The notes beneath the pieces are model-generated. The model made no database searches. It saw only the letters and a program-made list of their open reading frames with translations, and was not told where the DNA came from. Both the position numbers and the translations under genes were made by a program. A stretch of 64,000 nt of DNA from Candidatus Thorarchaeota archaeon (GTDB lineage: Archaea > Asgardarchaeota > Thorarchaeia > Thorarchaeales > Thorarchaeaceae), in contig JBHLRS010000003.1 in the NCBI GenBank assembly GCA_048882325.1, positions 64,001 through 128,000 on the forward strand, written 5' to 3'. Shown here piece after piece: positions 19,018-29,701 of this stretch (position 1 is its first letter; each line of letters opens with the position of its first letter).

Positions 19018-19860
19018 GTGCCCTTGATAGAGTTTGCAGATTTTAGCTTCAAGTATTTGGGAGCGGACTCCTTGGCACTCAGGAAATTGAACTTCAATAT
19101 CGAGCATGGCGAATATGTTGTCATCACCGGTCCAAGTGGCTGCGGCAAAACCACTCTATGCCGAGCCATCAATGGACTTGTTCCTCAGTTTCATCGTGGA
19201 TATATTGCAGGGAATGTCATTGTTGATGGAAAAAACACCCGAGAGAACAGTGTTGCTGAGCTTGCCCCAATTGCAGGATTGGTATTTCAGCAACCTGAAA
19301 ATCAATTGGTCACACTAAACGTGGAACGTGAAATCGCTTTTGGTCCTGAGAATCTTGGAGTTGAGCCTGGCGAGGTTCGTCGAAGAGTTGAGGAACTGAT
19401 TGAGATGTTGGACCTAGAGCATTTGAGAGAGAAACATCCCCATGAGATGTCAGGGGGTGAACAACAGCGAGTGGCTATGGCTGCAACGCTGGCTCTCAAA
19501 CCTAAAGTGTTAGTTGCTGATGAACCAACATCAAATCTAGACCCACAGAGTGCTGAAATGATTCTTGATTTGATTGCAGATTTGAACAGACGTGATATGA
19601 CTGTTATCCTAGTTGAACATCGGTTAGATCTTGTTTCAAAAGATGCATCCAGAATTATTCTAATGGATAGAGGTCAGATTGTCGCGGATGGCGTTCCACG
19701 GGAAATATTAACCATGGACATCTGTCAAGAGATTGGAGTGGGGATACCTAAGGCAACTCAACTCTACAAGCGATTGAATGCCCGTGGATATCGTTTTAAT
19801 GAAGTACCCCTCACCGGTGCAGAATTTGCAGCAATGATTCAGGAGGTCAAGGGGCGATGA
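19018..19860 (+). CDS. ecfA: ECF transporter ATPase EcfA1
   Basis: GPSGCGKT, FQQPENQ, MSGGEQQR, DEPT. GTG start after GGAGG. Confidence 0.9.
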   Translation: MPLIEFADFSFKYLGADSLALRKLNFNIEHGEYVVITGPSGCGKTTLCRAINGLVPQFHRGYIAGNVIVDGKNTRENSVAELAPIAGLVFQQPENQLVTLNVEREIAFGPENLGVEPGEVRRRVEELIEMLDLEHLREKHPHEMSGGEQQRVAMAATLALKPKVLVADEPTSNLDPQSAEMILDLIADLNRRDMTVILVEHRLDLVSKDASRIILMDRGQIVADGVPREILTMDICQEIGVGIPKATQLYKRLNARGYRFNEVPLTGAEFAAMIQEVKGR

Positions 19861-20681
19861 TAATCCTCGAAGATGTTCATTTCGCGTATGATGGTTTGTA
19901 TACAGCATTGCGAGGTGTATCGCTCCAGATTGATGATGGTGAAAGAATTGCTATAATGGGTAGTAATGGGGCTGGAAAGACCACTTTGGTTAAGCATTTG
20001 AATGGTCTACTTCGTCCGGACCAGGGAAGGGTCATTCTAGATGGAGTTGACACAAAGCACTACTCTGTCGCTGAACTAGCTCGAGAGATTGGTCTCGTGA
20101 TGCAAAATCCTGACCATCAGCTTTTCTTGGACAGCGTCGAACGAGAAATTCTCTTTGGCCTAGAAAATCTTGGGTACTCGGAGGAGGAGTCCAAGACACG
20201 GTGTGAAACTACACTGAACGATCTTGGTCTTGCAGGACTTTCTGAGCGCTCCCCGTTCACACTTTCAGGCGGTGAGCGAAAGCGCGTAGCGTTGGCTTCA
20301 GTCCTAGCTACAGAACCCAGAGTTCTCTCTCTAGATGAACCGACGATAGGTCAGGACGCACGTCAGAAAGAAAATCTTGCAAAGATGCTCAGTGACCTAA
20401 ATGATAAGGGCAAAGCAGTGATTGTGGTCACACATGACATCGAGTTTGTAATTGAGAATTTTCCACGCACAATTGCAATGGCTAATGGTCAAGTTGTGGC
20501 TGATGGTCCAACAAACTCGGTCCTGAGCAATACTGAGGTGATAGAACGATGCTCCCTGACAAGACCTCAGTTAACAAGTGCGGCTAGCAGTCTTCATGAG
20601 ATATTCCCAGAGATTCCTGAACGACTAACATTGATGGATGATTTGGAGGAAGTCGTAGTGAAGGTATTGGGAGGTGGATGA
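19857..20681 (+). CDS. ecfA: ECF transporter ATPase EcfA2
   Basis: GSNGAGKT, QNPDHQLF, PFTLSGGERKR. Confidence 0.9.
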   Translation: MIILEDVHFAYDGLYTALRGVSLQIDDGERIAIMGSNGAGKTTLVKHLNGLLRPDQGRVILDGVDTKHYSVAELAREIGLVMQNPDHQLFLDSVEREILFGLENLGYSEEESKTRCETTLNDLGLAGLSERSPFTLSGGERKRVALASVLATEPRVLSLDEPTIGQDARQKENLAKMLSDLNDKGKAVIVVTHDIEFVIENFPRTIAMANGQVVADGPTNSVLSNTEVIERCSLTRPQLTSAASSLHEIFPEIPERLTLMDDLEEVVVKVLGGG

Positions 20682-20682
20682 G

Positions 20683-21453
20683 ATGGCATTCCTCGAGGTT
20701 TTTCAATATACTCGCCAAGATTCGATAATCCATCGACTAGACCCACGAGCAAAGCTGTTCATGTCCATCGTTTTGGCTGTAGTTTCTTTGCTCTTTCTTT
20801 CGATAATTCCACTCTTGTTGATTCTCTGCTGTCTGATACCAATTCTTGGCGCGGCGAAGTCGCTTACACGATGGGGTAGGAGCATGAAGGGGTTGTCCAT
20901 TCTACTGATATTCATCATAGTCTTCAACACGTTGCTATCATCTGAACCCAATCCATTCTCTCATTCCGTGGCGCTCACACTGCGACTTGTTGCGCTCATG
21001 ACTTCTTTCTCCATATTCTTTCTGACAGTTCATCCTGATGAGCTATCTCAGGCATTGATTCAGATGCGGGTCCGATTTGAATTTGCATTTGCAATGAGTA
21101 TGGCAATGAGGTACGTTCCTACTCTAGGGCAAGAGGCCTATGCAATAATGGATGCTCAAAAGGCACGAGGAGTGGAGCTAGATAAGGGAAACCTTCTGAA
21201 ACGGATTCGTAATATTGTACCTATCATAGTTCCATTGATAATTGTGTCAATCAGACGCGCTTTGTCAATTGCAGAAAGTATGGAGTCTAGAGGGTTTGGT
21301 GCAAGCGACACAAGGACTTACATGAATCCTTTGAAATTCAGAAAACACGACTGGGTGGTAGTAGTTATCTTCCTGCTCGTTCTTATCTTCGTGGTGTATG
21401 TACGTCTATTTGTAACACTGCCTTCTTGGATGCTTTGGCAGATAGCTGTATAG
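20683..21453 (+). CDS. ecfT: ECF transporter transmembrane component
   Basis: LDPRAKL, AQKARG, AESMESRGF. Confidence 0.92.
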   Translation: MAFLEVFQYTRQDSIIHRLDPRAKLFMSIVLAVVSLLFLSIIPLLLILCCLIPILGAAKSLTRWGRSMKGLSILLIFIIVFNTLLSSEPNPFSHSVALTLRLVALMTSFSIFFLTVHPDELSQALIQMRVRFEFAFAMSMAMRYVPTLGQEAYAIMDAQKARGVELDKGNLLKRIRNIVPIIVPLIIVSIRRALSIAESMESRGFGASDTRTYMNPLKFRKHDWVVVVIFLLVLIFVVYVRLFVTLPSWMLWQIAV

Positions 21454-21547
21454 AGGATTGACCTTATTCTGCGAGTGAGAAATATCCCACGATGATTTAT
21501 ACGTATGAATAGTCTATTTCTAGTCGCAATCTGTAGGTGAAGTTCTA

Positions 21548-22120
21548 GTGCCAACCAAGTTACCAAAAAGACAGCTCTACACAATAAAGGATCTAATGAA
21601 CGATCTGAAGAAGCTAGATGCTACGCCTAGTGTACTTTATGATGTGGGGACCGAGCTCATTTATCGAGAGCTTGATTGGTGTAGAAAGACCCTTGGCGAT
21701 GACCACCTTGTTACGAAGAATCTGACCGATTTGATGGAGTTCATGCAACGTGATTATGAGAATCTCCTAGTCACCGGAGAGCTCTGGCAAGCAAAAGACA
21801 CTCCTAAATCTGCACTCAATGCTTTCTTGAAAGATAGACCTGATGAGTTCTTAAGCCATCCAATTGGACTCTTGAGTGCTCAGGTTTCGGACTGTCTGAA
21901 GAAAGCTGATGATTTACGCCGTCAAGAAAAGAAAAAATACAAGAAACTTGAGAAGCGTGTGCGCGCAGAAATTAAAGCTGACGAGAAGAATCCAAATCTC
22001 TGGAACAACCTCAGAGTCTTATTGTGGATTCTCGGTAAGTATACAGAATCGAGTGAGGCCTTCAAAAAAGCGAAGGATCTTGGTTGGTCTATAGAAACGA
22101 GTACTCTAGTTGCACTCTGA
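21548..22120 (+). CDS. Hypothetical protein with C-terminal TPR-like repeat
   Basis: NPNLWNNLRVLLWILGKYTESSEAFKKA fits a TPR pattern. Confidence 0.65.
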   Translation: MPTKLPKRQLYTIKDLMNDLKKLDATPSVLYDVGTELIYRELDWCRKTLGDDHLVTKNLTDLMEFMQRDYENLLVTGELWQAKDTPKSALNAFLKDRPDEFLSHPIGLLSAQVSDCLKKADDLRRQEKKKYKKLEKRVRAEIKADEKNPNLWNNLRVLLWILGKYTESSEAFKKAKDLGWSIETSTLVAL

Positions 22121-22196
22121 ACTGTTTTTGACGATAACACATGTTTCGGATAACATGTATAAACAATTGAAAATTGTCATCTACTAGGGATGAACC

Positions 22197-23135
22197 ATTT
22201 CAGAGCACAAATCAGTATCAGAACCTGAATTACTAGGAGTCATTGATAGCCCCCCTTCAATCCGCTCAATCACTGCTCTTTCAACTGATGACAGGTGTCT
22301 CTACTCAGCAGACGATGATGCTATGATTACCGTTTGGAAGAAATCCAATCTTCGGACCTTTGAACAGTTTCAAAGCAAAAGCAGTACTTACCTGAAATCA
22401 CTCCTAGTTGATGATCACTACCTATATGGTGGGACTCTCTGGAATGATTGTAGCATCAAATTATATGACAAATCAAGTTTGGAACTACTCAATAGTTTTG
22501 AGGGATCTCAGGGCACAGTTTTTGCTCTCGTGTCTGACCACAGCAACCTCTTCTGCGGTTCTGGAGATTCAAGAGTGACTATTTGGAACAAGGATGACTG
22601 GAGTGAATTAGGAAGTTTTAGAGGTCAGAAACACTTCGTTCTCTCACTCTCTATCGATGAGAACTATATCTATGCAGGAGGAATTGACGATTGCACAAAC
22701 GTCTTCTCTCGGGATGATCATAGTCAAGTAGTTTCACTAAGAGGGCATGAATCCAATGTTCTTTCGCTGGCTTGTGACAAGAGGTTTCTGTATTCAGGTT
22801 CTGGCGAACTTTGGTGGGGCGGACCTGGCTCACCGCGACCGCCGCAATTTGAAAGTGCCATTCGAGTTTGGGATAAGAAAGACTGGAGCTGTGTTGCTAT
22901 TCTTGAAGGACATACTGACAATGTCAATGCAGTATCTGTAGCCTCCAACTATGTCTTTTCAATCTCTGATGATTCAACTCTGCGGATTTATTCCAAAAAG
23001 GATTGGAGTGAAACACTCTGCGTACATGTTGATACCAGACGAATCGATGCAATGACATCTGATGATAGGTCAGTCTTCATTGGTTGCGCTGATGGAACAA
23101 TTCGTCAACTATCAAAACATGCTATTATCTCTTAG
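22197..23135 (+). CDS. WD40-repeat beta-propeller protein
   Basis: Repeated GH....V..L......LYSGS.D..IRVW[DN] units. The frame extends upstream of ATG 22323 to a stop at 22191-22193, with a probable ATT start. Confidence 0.88.
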   Translation: MSEHKSVSEPELLGVIDSPPSIRSITALSTDDRCLYSADDDAMITVWKKSNLRTFEQFQSKSSTYLKSLLVDDHYLYGGTLWNDCSIKLYDKSSLELLNSFEGSQGTVFALVSDHSNLFCGSGDSRVTIWNKDDWSELGSFRGQKHFVLSLSIDENYIYAGGIDDCTNVFSRDDHSQVVSLRGHESNVLSLACDKRFLYSGSGELWWGGPGSPRPPQFESAIRVWDKKDWSCVAILEGHTDNVNAVSVASNYVFSISDDSTLRIYSKKDWSETLCVHVDTRRIDAMTSDDRSVFIGCADGTIRQLSKHAIIS

Positions 23136-23488
23136 AAACCAACCGGCTCAATTTGTCTTAGAAAAGCTTGGAACTCGAGTGCTCTACCTTCCGGATCCTG
23201 AGCAAAGAACTGGTATATCTCATATTTCTCGACCTCCTGGGGTTCAGAAGTTGCGATGTGACTCAACAAATTATACATCGCATCAACATCCTCCTTTGTT
23301 GGATAGAAGAATGTAATCATCCCATCTATCTCTGGTGTATCTCTGTGACAGAATCCAAGGAGGAGGTTTCCATGGCTGAGAATTATGCAATCCTCCTGCT
23401 CTAACCAGACATACATGCCAACCTCACTTACATAGAATTCCACTATCTCTTGAAGCATTGTAGTCCTGAAGAACACAATCCCTGCCAT
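23132..23488 (-). CDS. VOC/glyoxalase family protein
   Basis: EFY...G, FF.QDPEGRALEFQ. Confidence 0.85.
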   Translation of the reverse strand: MAGIVFFRTTMLQEIVEFYVSEVGMYVWLEQEDCIILSHGNLLLGFCHRDTPEIDGMITFFYPTKEDVDAMYNLLSHIATSEPQEVEKYEIYQFFAQDPEGRALEFQAFLRQIEPVGF

Positions 23489-23700
23489 AACGCTCACCAT
23501 GACACATTGATACAGAAACCCTGATATGTTTTGGGAGATTCCCGTTTTCTAGAAATGTCTCAAATCCGAATTGCTTGTTTCGGTTTTTAGCTCTCTGTGT
23601 TGCCAATCCAGTACATTTCGAACCCGTTGATTTCAGGCAAATAGATAATCAATTCCTCTTTCACATACACACTCGAAAAGATGCTGGAGGACCAAAAGAG

Positions 23701-24003
23701 GTGTCGATAAGAGCTGGAAGGACTCCCAGAAGCACATTTGAGATTCTCGGTGCTTTAATCACTCATGGACCCATGTGTCCTAAGGAGCTAAGCAAAAAAC
23801 TTGACATGGCTCCCCGTACTGTTAGCTTCGCACTTAGGAAACTGCTGAGTGAGAAGATTCTACGCAGAATTCCGAATCTATACGACATGCGCCGCCCCAA
23901 GTATCAGGTGAATATGGAGCAAGCCCGCCATCTGTTGGAGAAGTACAGAGACACTCCCTATGTGTCTGCTCTGTCTCCTGTTGTATGGAGAAAAATGGCA
24001 TAG
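23701..24003 (+). CDS. Winged-helix transcriptional regulator
   Basis: GPM.PKELS..L..APRTVSFALRKL. GGAGG upstream of GTG. Confidence 0.85.
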   Translation: MSIRAGRTPRSTFEILGALITHGPMCPKELSKKLDMAPRTVSFALRKLLSEKILRRIPNLYDMRRPKYQVNMEQARHLLEKYRDTPYVSALSPVVWRKMA

Positions 24004-24007
24004 ACTA

Positions 24008-25135
24008 TCATTTTTTCCATTGATCATAAAGTTGGATTGCTCGCTCAATTCTCATGCTGTGCGCAAGCGGCAGAATATCAGCTGCGGGTAATGATTCTAC
24101 ATTGAGCGATTGAAGGGACATTGCTTTTGCATCAGTTAGATACTTGACCAAGACAGAATCTTCGACGCTTCCATCAGTCAAAAGCTGATTCAATGAATTC
24201 AAACCAATCAAGGCATCATCAATAAAGAAGGCGAGTGCCAATCCTCTTAGGAATATCGTTTCTGATCCCTGTTCTTCTGGGTCCACCATTAGACTGATGA
24301 TTCTGCATATCTTTGATCGAGATTCAGATGTCTGCTCATGGATAGCTTCACCTGATATAAATCGATTAATTTGATCCATCAAATCCTGATACAGTTCATC
24401 GATATGTTCAACCATCTGAGAGATGGGTTTTGTGATATGTTTTCCTTCGGAAGGAGTCCAATCAATCAAATCCATGTTAATAGATAGGGTGCTTCCACCA
24501 TCAAAAACTGCATGATGCTCTTCAGCAGGTTCAGCAAATCCTGCTAGTATGGTGAGAAGATCTCTGCCGCAGCAATTGCAAATCACACCACCCATCACAG
24601 TTCGTTCAATTATTTTGAACGATTCAAGAGCATGTTCCGCATCTCTTGCTCTCCGCATCCTTACTCTGCCATCTCTGAGAATGTGAACCCTGATTTCTTC
24701 CATATTTCCCCAGGCATAAGCAAGTTCCTTGCTACATCGCATGTCTTCATATCTGGATGACACACAATCCAAGAGCCAACAGAGTATTGCAGGATCAAGC
24801 ACTCCATACTTCATCATATCGCCAGGATTTACACCATTGAAGATTCTCATCTCAGCCATAAGGAGATCAGGTGAATCCATGCAGGGCTTGGAGAGTAGTA
24901 CACCGCCCTCGGGTTGCTCTGGAGCTGGTTTCTCTGTGTTCTTAGCTTCTCTAACAAGAGCAATGAGGTCATCTCTCTGAGAAGCGTGTTTCTCCAGAGC
25001 AAGGACTGGACAGGATGACACCTCGGCATTTTCCACGATGACTGCCCTGGCAAAGGCTCCACAAGTTGTATATCCACATAAACCGCAATCAATCTCAGGC
25101 GTGTTTTTTCTGCTTTTTGTCCAGACACTACTCAT
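24008..25135 (-). CDS. Fe-S binding protein (N-terminal CxxCxxxxC...CP domain)
   Basis: DCGLCGYTTCGAFA...SCP and a later CNCC. Confidence 0.75.
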   Translation of the reverse strand: MSSVWTKSRKNTPEIDCGLCGYTTCGAFARAVIVENAEVSSCPVLALEKHASQRDDLIALVREAKNTEKPAPEQPEGGVLLSKPCMDSPDLLMAEMRIFNGVNPGDMMKYGVLDPAILCWLLDCVSSRYEDMRCSKELAYAWGNMEEIRVHILRDGRVRMRRARDAEHALESFKIIERTVMGGVICNCCGRDLLTILAGFAEPAEEHHAVFDGGSTLSINMDLIDWTPSEGKHITKPISQMVEHIDELYQDLMDQINRFISGEAIHEQTSESRSKICRIISLMVDPEEQGSETIFLRGLALAFFIDDALIGLNSLNQLLTDGSVEDSVLVKYLTDAKAMSLQSLNVESLPAADILPLAHSMRIERAIQLYDQWKK

Positions 25136-25419
25136 TCGTCACAATCCTCAGTCATCCAATCGTAAGTTCATTTGGAGGACCATAGAATCCGTATGTTGTC
25201 ATTTTCAATGGTCATAAACAACTCAATATGAGAGATTTCTCTGTGTCTAAAAAAAGCAATGTCTTCGGCCAATTCTTGGAAAACCCATTTCGGAAGCTAC
25301 TTGTTCGGAAAACTACGCATTAATTGAAAATCGTCGTCAATTTCAGAACAATGCTGTTGACGCTAATAGAAAACAGTAACATGTCATTATCTTATTGGCG
25401 AATATCTTTGCGACTTGCT

Positions 25420-25668
25420 ATGCGACTACCCAAAAGTGCTCTTCATATACTCACATTTCTCACAAAAAGCGGACCACTCCCTCCAAGAGTAATAAGTAAG
25501 GAAGCTAATGTGCCGCTTCGAACTGTGACCTTTACTTTAGACCGTTTAGTGAACACGGAAATCTGTGAGAGAATTTCAAACCTTAGTGATATGAGACGTA
25601 CGCTCTATGTAGTAAATCACGAGAAGGCAAGAGCAGTCTTTGCTAGATATGACATGCTGGTTAAATAA
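25420..25668 (+). CDS. Winged-helix transcriptional regulator (paralog of 23701 gene)
   Basis: GPLPPRVIS...PLRTVTFTLDRL...NLSDMRR.LY. Confidence 0.8.
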   Translation: MRLPKSALHILTFLTKSGPLPPRVISKEANVPLRTVTFTLDRLVNTEICERISNLSDMRRTLYVVNHEKARAVFARYDMLVK

Positions 25669-25687
25669 TCGCAAGAGGTTGTAGATC

Positions 25688-26068
25688 GTGATGAACTACT
25701 CTGAATTGAAGTCGAGGTGCAGAGATGCAATGACATGTTCTGCCAGTGAAGAAAATGAGGAAATGTCTTCAGTCCTTTGTCAAAACGATTGGGTTCGGAT
25801 ACTCACAGTTCGTGATTCTGACACTATTGGTCTATGGAGAATTGAGGTGGAGGTTTCGCTTCCTTTTCAAAAAGATCCTGTGTCTGGAAAGAATGTAAAA
25901 CACTTTGTTCAAGACCTCATCACACATCTTGAGTATCTTCTTAGACTTGACAATGAAGGATTGACACTGGGAGTGCTATCCCGTGATGGTCTTTGGACTG
26001 CATCTCTCGAAATTGATGACCTACCAGAAGACAATCTGTTCAAAGCGCTCATACCTCCTTATGTGTAA
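25688..26068 (+). CDS. Hypothetical protein
   Basis: 126-aa ORF with a GAGGT SD. No family recognised. Confidence 0.65.
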   Translation: MMNYSELKSRCRDAMTCSASEENEEMSSVLCQNDWVRILTVRDSDTIGLWRIEVEVSLPFQKDPVSGKNVKHFVQDLITHLEYLLRLDNEGLTLGVLSRDGLWTASLEIDDLPEDNLFKALIPPYV

Positions 26069-26142
26069 CTGATTTTTCCTATCTAGCGAGTTTTTTATGA
26101 GGGCTGCATTCATGGAATAGTATATCCATTGGTTGTGTTTCC

Positions 26143-28164
26143 ATGAGTTTCGACATATCAAAAGGGATGACTATCAAGCTCTCTTCCGGGCTTCCACCAG
26201 AACCTGTTTTTGATCCACAATATCGCAGAGCCCCAAATCGAGGGTATGACCTATCACCAGCTGAAACTGTTGTGGCAGTAAAGAATGCACTTCGATATGT
26301 ACCTAAGAGTCTTCATGAAACTCTTGCTCCGGAGTTTCTAGAAGAACTTATGACTCGAGGTCGAATCTACGGCTATCGATATCGTCCCGCTGGACTAATC
26401 AAAGCAAAATCCATCGATGAGTACAAGGGCATACTAGAAGCTCGAGCGCTGCAATTGATGATTGACAACAACCTAGATTATGATGTTGCTTTATATCCTT
26501 ACGAACTTGTGACGTACGGTGAGAGTGGTCAGGTATGTCAGAACTGGATGCAATATCGATTGATTATGAAATATCTTGAAACGATGACAGACGACCAGAC
26601 GCTAGTAGTCAGCTCGGGGCATCCCGTAGGTCTATTCCCCTCACATAGGAATGCACCGCGGGCTATATGCACAAATGGACTCATGGTTGGGATGTTTGAT
26701 ACACTTGAAGGGTTTCACCATGCTGCAGCTATGGGTGTTGCAAACTATGGTCAGATGACTGCAGGTGGTTGGATGTACATAGGCCCTCAAGGAATAGTCC
26801 ATGGAACCTACATCACGCTTCTGAATGCAGGACGCATGTATCTAGGAATTCCTGATGGTAGAGATTTAAGTGGAAAAGTGTTCCTGACATCTGGACTTGG
26901 TGGGATGAGTGGCGCCCAGGCTAAGGCTGTGGAAATAGCTGGAGGAATTGGTATCATTGCGGAGGTTGACAAGAGTCGTATCAACACACGCAGCGAACAA
27001 GGTTGGTTAAGTAAATTCTCCTCGGACCTAGATGAGATCTTTAGTTGGGTGGAGGAGTATCGATCAAGCAGTGATCCGGTTTCTATTGGTTACTATGGTA
27101 ATGTAGTTGACCTGTGGGAGTATGTGGTGAAGAACGGAATCAAGATTGAACTGGCATCAGATCAAACCTCCTGCCATGATGTCTATGGTGGAGGATATAC
27201 ACCACAGGGAGTGTCATTTGAAGAGGGCCGAGAACTGCTTCGAACAGATAGAACACGGTTTGATGAACTTGTCAACCAGTCCCTCCGCAGGCAGTTCGAA
27301 CTCATAGAAACAATGACCAAGCAGGGGACCCACTTCTGGGACTATGGGAACAGCTTCATGAAGGCTGTCTTCGATGCTGGTGTGAAAAGAATCGCAAAGA
27401 ATGGAGAAACCACATCTGATGGATTCATCTTTCCATCCTATGTTGAGGATATCATGGGACCACTTTGCTTTGACTTTGGCTATGGCCCCTTCAGGTGGGT
27501 ATGCCTTAGTGGGAATCACGAGGATCTAGTGGCAACTGACAAGATGGCAATGTCACGAATCAATCCCGACCGCCGAGGTCAAGACAGAGATAACTACATC
27601 TGGATTAGGGATGCTGAGAAGAACGAGTTAGTGGTCGGCTCTCAAGCCCGTATTCTATATGCAGATGCCTTAGGTCGGGTAGATATCGCACTGTCGTTCA
27701 ACAAGTTGGTCAGAGAGAAGAAGGTTGGTCCCATTATGTTGGGCAGAGACCATCATGACACAGGAGGTACCGACTCACCCTTCAGAGAGACCGCCAACAT
27801 TCGAGATGGTAGTAACGTCATGAGCGACATGGCCCATCAATCTTGGGCTGGGAATGCTGCTCGTGGGATGACACTTTGTGTTCTGTCAAATGGCGGTGGT
27901 GTCGGAACAGGGAAAGCAATCAATGGTGGATTTGGTCTGGTGCTTGATGGTAGCGAGCGAGTCGATAAGATCATCCAGTCTGCTCTTGATTGGGATGTGA
28001 TGGGAGGCGTCGCACGTCGTGCGTGGGCTAGGAATGAAAATGCAATTGAAACTGCCATAGATTGGAACAAACGCCTTGGGCCGAACGGGCAAATCTCGCT
28101 TCCCTTTCTCTCAGAGAAGGGTTTAGTAGAGCGTCTAGTTGAGGAAGCACTCAAAGAGGTATGA
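26143..28164 (+). CDS. hutU: Urocanate hydratase (long form)
   Basis: NNLD..VA.YPYELVTYG, YGQMTAGGWMYIGPQGIVHGT, GLGGMSGAQ, GRDHHD. Confidence 0.97.
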   Translation: MSFDISKGMTIKLSSGLPPEPVFDPQYRRAPNRGYDLSPAETVVAVKNALRYVPKSLHETLAPEFLEELMTRGRIYGYRYRPAGLIKAKSIDEYKGILEARALQLMIDNNLDYDVALYPYELVTYGESGQVCQNWMQYRLIMKYLETMTDDQTLVVSSGHPVGLFPSHRNAPRAICTNGLMVGMFDTLEGFHHAAAMGVANYGQMTAGGWMYIGPQGIVHGTYITLLNAGRMYLGIPDGRDLSGKVFLTSGLGGMSGAQAKAVEIAGGIGIIAEVDKSRINTRSEQGWLSKFSSDLDEIFSWVEEYRSSSDPVSIGYYGNVVDLWEYVVKNGIKIELASDQTSCHDVYGGGYTPQGVSFEEGRELLRTDRTRFDELVNQSLRRQFELIETMTKQGTHFWDYGNSFMKAVFDAGVKRIAKNGETTSDGFIFPSYVEDIMGPLCFDFGYGPFRWVCLSGNHEDLVATDKMAMSRINPDRRGQDRDNYIWIRDAEKNELVVGSQARILYADALGRVDIALSFNKLVREKKVGPIMLGRDHHDTGGTDSPFRETANIRDGSNVMSDMAHQSWAGNAARGMTLCVLSNGGGVGTGKAINGGFGLVLDGSERVDKIIQSALDWDVMGGVARRAWARNENAIETAIDWNKRLGPNGQISLPFLSEKGLVERLVEEALKEV

Positions 28165-28168
28165 TATT

Positions 28169-29701
28169 ATGCCAGTCATGATTGACGGTGAGAGTCTCAC
28201 AATCGAAGATGTTGTGCAGGTGGCAAGACATAACGAACCAGTCATTCTGGACGACGAAGCTATCCCCCGAATCAAGAGCAGTAGGGCAGTCGTGGAAACT
28301 GCCATCAAAGAGGGAGAAGTAGTCTATGGTGTCAATACTGGTTTTGGAGACCTCTCAGATGTACCAGTAAACAAAGTGGATTTAGCTCGCTTGCAGGTGA
28401 ATCTGATTCGCAGCCACAGTGCAGGAGTTGGACCTCCCTTTTCAAAGGAAGTTGTCAGAGGAATGATGCTTCTACGAGCTAATGCATTGGCAAAAGGCTA
28501 CTCTGGCGTTCGTGTGGAGGTCATCGAAACCCTCATCGAGATGTTGAACAAGGATGTAGTTCCAGTCATACCTCAGCAGGGATCAGTTGGATCTAGTGGC
28601 GATCTTGCACCCTTGGCACATATGGCACTTGTTCTTATTGGTGAGGGTGAGGCCTACATTTCGGGCAAGGTTCTCAGTGGCAAAGAGGCTCTAAACAAGG
28701 CTAAAATCAAACCGCTTGTATTGCAAGCGAAGGAGGGTGTGGCATTGATCAACGGCACACAGCCAATGAGTGCAGTTGGGACTCTCGCTGTTCATGATGC
28801 TTTGAATTTGGTTCTTGATGCAACCATCGCATCCTCCATGAGTCTTGAAGCACTGCGTGGGACTCGAGTGGCTGCAGATGAAAGGATTCATTCTACTAGA
28901 CCTCACGAGGGACAGACTGATGTGGCCAGGGCTCAGAGGAAGATACTCCTGGACAGTGAGATTAACCAATCACATGCAGATTGTGGAAAAGTACAAGATG
29001 CGTACTCACTACGCTGTATCCCACAGGTTCTAGGTGCATCATTGGATGCGATACGCTACGTATATAGTGTTCTGGAGGTAGAAATTAATGCGGCAACAGA
29101 CAATCCTCTAGTGTTTGGTGCTGACGGAGTTGTCTTGTCTGGAGGAAACTTTCATGGTCAACCTATCGCACTCGCTATGGACTTTCTAGGAATTGCAGTG
29201 TCTGAGATAGCAAGTATATCAGAAAGGAGAGTCAATCGTCTCGTCAATCCAAACTTGAGTGAACTACCTGCTTTTCTTACTACTGAAGGTGGGTTGGAAT
29301 CTGGCATGATGATTGCTCAATATACTGCTGCTGCGCTCGTTTCAGAGAACAAGATACTAGCCCATCCAGCAAGTGTTGATTCCATTCCTACTAGTGCTGA
29401 TCAAGAGGATCACGTAAGCATGGGAACAATAGCCGCACGCAAGGCTGCGAACATACTCGAAAATGCACAGAATGTTGTCGCAATCGAATACATGTGTGCA
29501 AGTCAGGGCCTAGATTATCTTGCTCCATTACAACCATCAGAGCCTCTTGGCGAAGCTTTCAAGGTTATCCGGACCGCTGTACCCAAGTTAGAAGATGATC
29601 GCTCCTTAGCTCCTGACATCAGTAAGATTCGAGACCTGATGCTTGCAGGGGCCATCGCAGGTTCAGTTGAGTCAATCACTGGTCCTCTGTTTGAGAATTA
29701 A
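28169..29701 (+). CDS. hutH: Histidine ammonia-lyase
   Basis: YGVNTGFG, LIRSHSAG, GSVGSSGDLAPL, QDAYSLRC, GGNFHG, QEDHVSM. Confidence 0.96.
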   Translation: MPVMIDGESLTIEDVVQVARHNEPVILDDEAIPRIKSSRAVVETAIKEGEVVYGVNTGFGDLSDVPVNKVDLARLQVNLIRSHSAGVGPPFSKEVVRGMMLLRANALAKGYSGVRVEVIETLIEMLNKDVVPVIPQQGSVGSSGDLAPLAHMALVLIGEGEAYISGKVLSGKEALNKAKIKPLVLQAKEGVALINGTQPMSAVGTLAVHDALNLVLDATIASSMSLEALRGTRVAADERIHSTRPHEGQTDVARAQRKILLDSEINQSHADCGKVQDAYSLRCIPQVLGASLDAIRYVYSVLEVEINAATDNPLVFGADGVVLSGGNFHGQPIALAMDFLGIAVSEIASISERRVNRLVNPNLSELPAFLTTEGGLESGMMIAQYTAAALVSENKILAHPASVDSIPTSADQEDHVSMGTIAARKAANILENAQNVVAIEYMCASQGLDYLAPLQPSEPLGEAFKVIRTAVPKLEDDRSLAPDISKIRDLMLAGAIAGSVESITGPLFEN

